Shown one piece after another: positions 62,508 through 64,000 of a DNA stretch of 64,000 nucleotides. Where the stretch lies: assembly GCA_963708515.1 (NCBI GenBank), contig CAVPSX010000011.1:104710-168709 (forward strand), in the 5' to 3' direction. This stretch comes from an uncultured delta proteobacterium. GTDB lineage: Bacteria > Desulfobacterota > Syntrophia > Syntrophales > Fen-1087. Within the stretch, counting starts at the first letter, position 1, and each line of letters begins with the position of its first letter. The notes under the pieces are model-generated. The model saw only the letters and a list, made by a program, of their open reading frames with translations. It was not told the origin of the DNA and made no database searches. The translations under genes were made by a program, and so were the position numbers.

Positions 62508-63062
62508 GTGCCGAAAGAGAGGAGATCTCCCTGGGTCATGTATTTCAATGCTTCACAGATGTCCCTTGCGGAGAACGCCTTCCAGCACGCTGAAAAGCTC
62601 GCGGGACGTTATTTCCGGATCAGTCCGGAAGCGATGAAGGCTCATCGCTATGATATCAGAACGCTGGCCTTTCTGGATCAGCACGAGGTCAGCAGCCAGG
62701 CATTTGCGCATTTATGCAAGTATCACTACCAACAGGGTGATAAAACAGACCCGGAGCAGGGAATTCATTTTTACCGGATCTGCCTGCAGGATAACCGGAT
62801 ATTAGATGCGGTGGACCGAGCCGGGCCTTTTATAAAGCTGAACCCCCTGCTGCTGTATATTGCCGCTCATGAACTGGTGCACGTGATCCGATTTGATAGC
62901 GGATATATTGATTTTGACGCGCCGGTGGCGGAGAAGCAGCGGGAAGAGGAAAAAGTTCACGAGATCACCCGGGACATGCTGCACAGCCTGGGCGCCCCGG
63001 AGATGAATCTCGTCGTGGAGTGTTTCAGCGGCCGTTATCAGATCGGCGATTTATATCAGTAA
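62508..63062 (+). CDS. hypothetical protein with an HEXXH zinc-binding motif
   Basis: LLYIAAHELVH and downstream EE; TTGACA..TATATT promoter just upstream. Confidence 0.7.
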   Translation: MPKERRSPWVMYFNASQMSLAENAFQHAEKLAGRYFRISPEAMKAHRYDIRTLAFLDQHEVSSQAFAHLCKYHYQQGDKTDPEQGIHFYRICLQDNRILDAVDRAGPFIKLNPLLLYIAAHELVHVIRFDSGYIDFDAPVAEKQREEEKVHEITRDMLHSLGAPEMNLVVECFSGRYQIGDLYQ

Positions 63063-63098
63063 CAGCATAAATGAAAAGCGCTTGGAGGTAAACAGGTC

Positions 63099-63395
63099 AT
63101 GCCCATTTACGAGTACAAATGCAAGAAATGTGGGAAGGAATACGAGATATTCCAAAGGATTACGGATCCTGCACGGACATCCTGCAAATTTTGCAAGGGA
63201 CCCGCACGGAAACTCATATCCAGAACAACCTTCCATTTGAGGGGTTCCGGCTGGTACGCTACGGACTACGGTGGAAAGAAAGCGCCGGCCAGTGAAACAA
63301 CGCATGAAGATAAATCAGCCGCCGCTTCGACGAGCGATCCCGCCCCCGATACAACCGTTAAGTCACCCAACACAACAGCAGAAAGTGGCGATTAA
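63099..63395 (+). CDS. FmdB-family zinc ribbon protein
   Basis: MPIYEYKC..CG, C..C, F.LRGSGWY.TDY; GGAGGT SD. Confidence 0.92.
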   Translation: MPIYEYKCKKCGKEYEIFQRITDPARTSCKFCKGPARKLISRTTFHLRGSGWYATDYGGKKAPASETTHEDKSAAASTSDPAPDTTVKSPNTTAESGD

Positions 63396-63591
63396 TAACA
63401 TTCTTTTGAACTGCGATGGTCCAGATGGAGGCGGATTCCCCAACGGGAATCCGCCTCTTTTTCATCTCATAATGCACCAGCCGGCGCGAACAGCATCGGT
63501 CACCTGTCCCTGCTGTCAGAGCAGGGTATGATGTCGTTTTCATTCATGTTGGTCGTCGAAAAAAAGGAACGGTAACCATTGAGAAAAAGCA

Positions 63592-64000
63592 TTACTTGAA
63601 ATCGTTGTCTGATGACTCATACCCCCTGATCATCTGGGTTTCAACCTGCTGACGGATCTGCTCAAACTCATTTTCATCCAGCTCAGCAGGCACGACCGTC
63701 AGTTCTCTGCCAAAGCGCAGCAGCACCCTGCTGAAGGGTTTAGGCACCATGAAACGGTCCCAACTGCTGAATATCCAGGGATTTTCATAGGAGACACACG
63801 CCGGACAGATCGCCGCCCCCGTCCGCTGCGCCAGGGTGATCAGACCCGGTTTGACCACCCTCGGCGGCCCGAGCGGGCCATCGACAATGTGACCGCCCAC
63901 CCGGTCCTGTATCAGGGCATCCGCCATCTGCCGCAGGGCTTCCTTTCCGCCCAGACTGCTGGAACCGCGGATCGCCCGCCAACCAATATGCGCCACGACG
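63592..64000 (-). CDS. DUF374 / lysophospholipid acyltransferase family protein (5' end outside the window)
   Basis: IRGSSS.GG, VDGP.GP, SWDRF.VP.PF. Confidence 0.85.
   Translation of the reverse strand, partial: VVAHIGWRAIRGSSSLGGKEALRQMADALIQDRVGGHIVDGPLGPPRVVKPGLITLAQRTGAAICPACVSYENPWIFSSWDRFMVPKPFSRVLLRFGRELTVVPAELDENEFEQIRQQVETQMIRGYESSDNDFK

Overview
A gene-dense ~55% GC (by eye) bacterial chromosomal window. The gene content points to an anaerobic, selenocysteine-using Desulfobacterota, probably Syntrophales-like (inference, not a database result). Housekeeping blocks: gpsA-like, surE, a 4-subunit Vor/Kor 2-oxoacid:ferredoxin oxidoreductase, ahbB-hemL, nucleotide-sugar genes (dehydrogenase, epimerase, gmd, fcl), ettA, recQ, a two-component system and mlaEFD. 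An ~12 kb electron-bifurcation cluster runs hdrL-mvhD(Sec)-flxC-hdrC-hdrB-flxB-flxA, followed by nfnAB. Unusual content: (1) a secreted 18-Cys thaumatin/PR-5-like protein coupled to a 7-repeat YWKNG lipoprotein, sitting where atpB would be expected; (2) a CHASE2 adenylate cyclase, an alanine racemase with a ~270 aa unknown C-terminal domain, and two differently diverged D-Ala-D-Ala ligases in one run; (3) a partial flexirubin/dialkylresorcinol/aryl-polyene-type ACP-KS-CLF-ABC-BtrH cluster; (4) F0 ATP synthase genes split over three loci with a duplicated atpZ; (5) a three-copy MITE-like repeat whose GGGGACA..TGTCCCC hairpin module changes position between copies; (6) a toxin-antitoxin islet with an N-terminally deleted antitoxin, next to a UGA-interrupted histone-like gene. 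Dense single-base indels at 23.5 kb and 28.3-30.7 kb look like sequencing errors. I found no rRNA, tRNA or CRISPR array.
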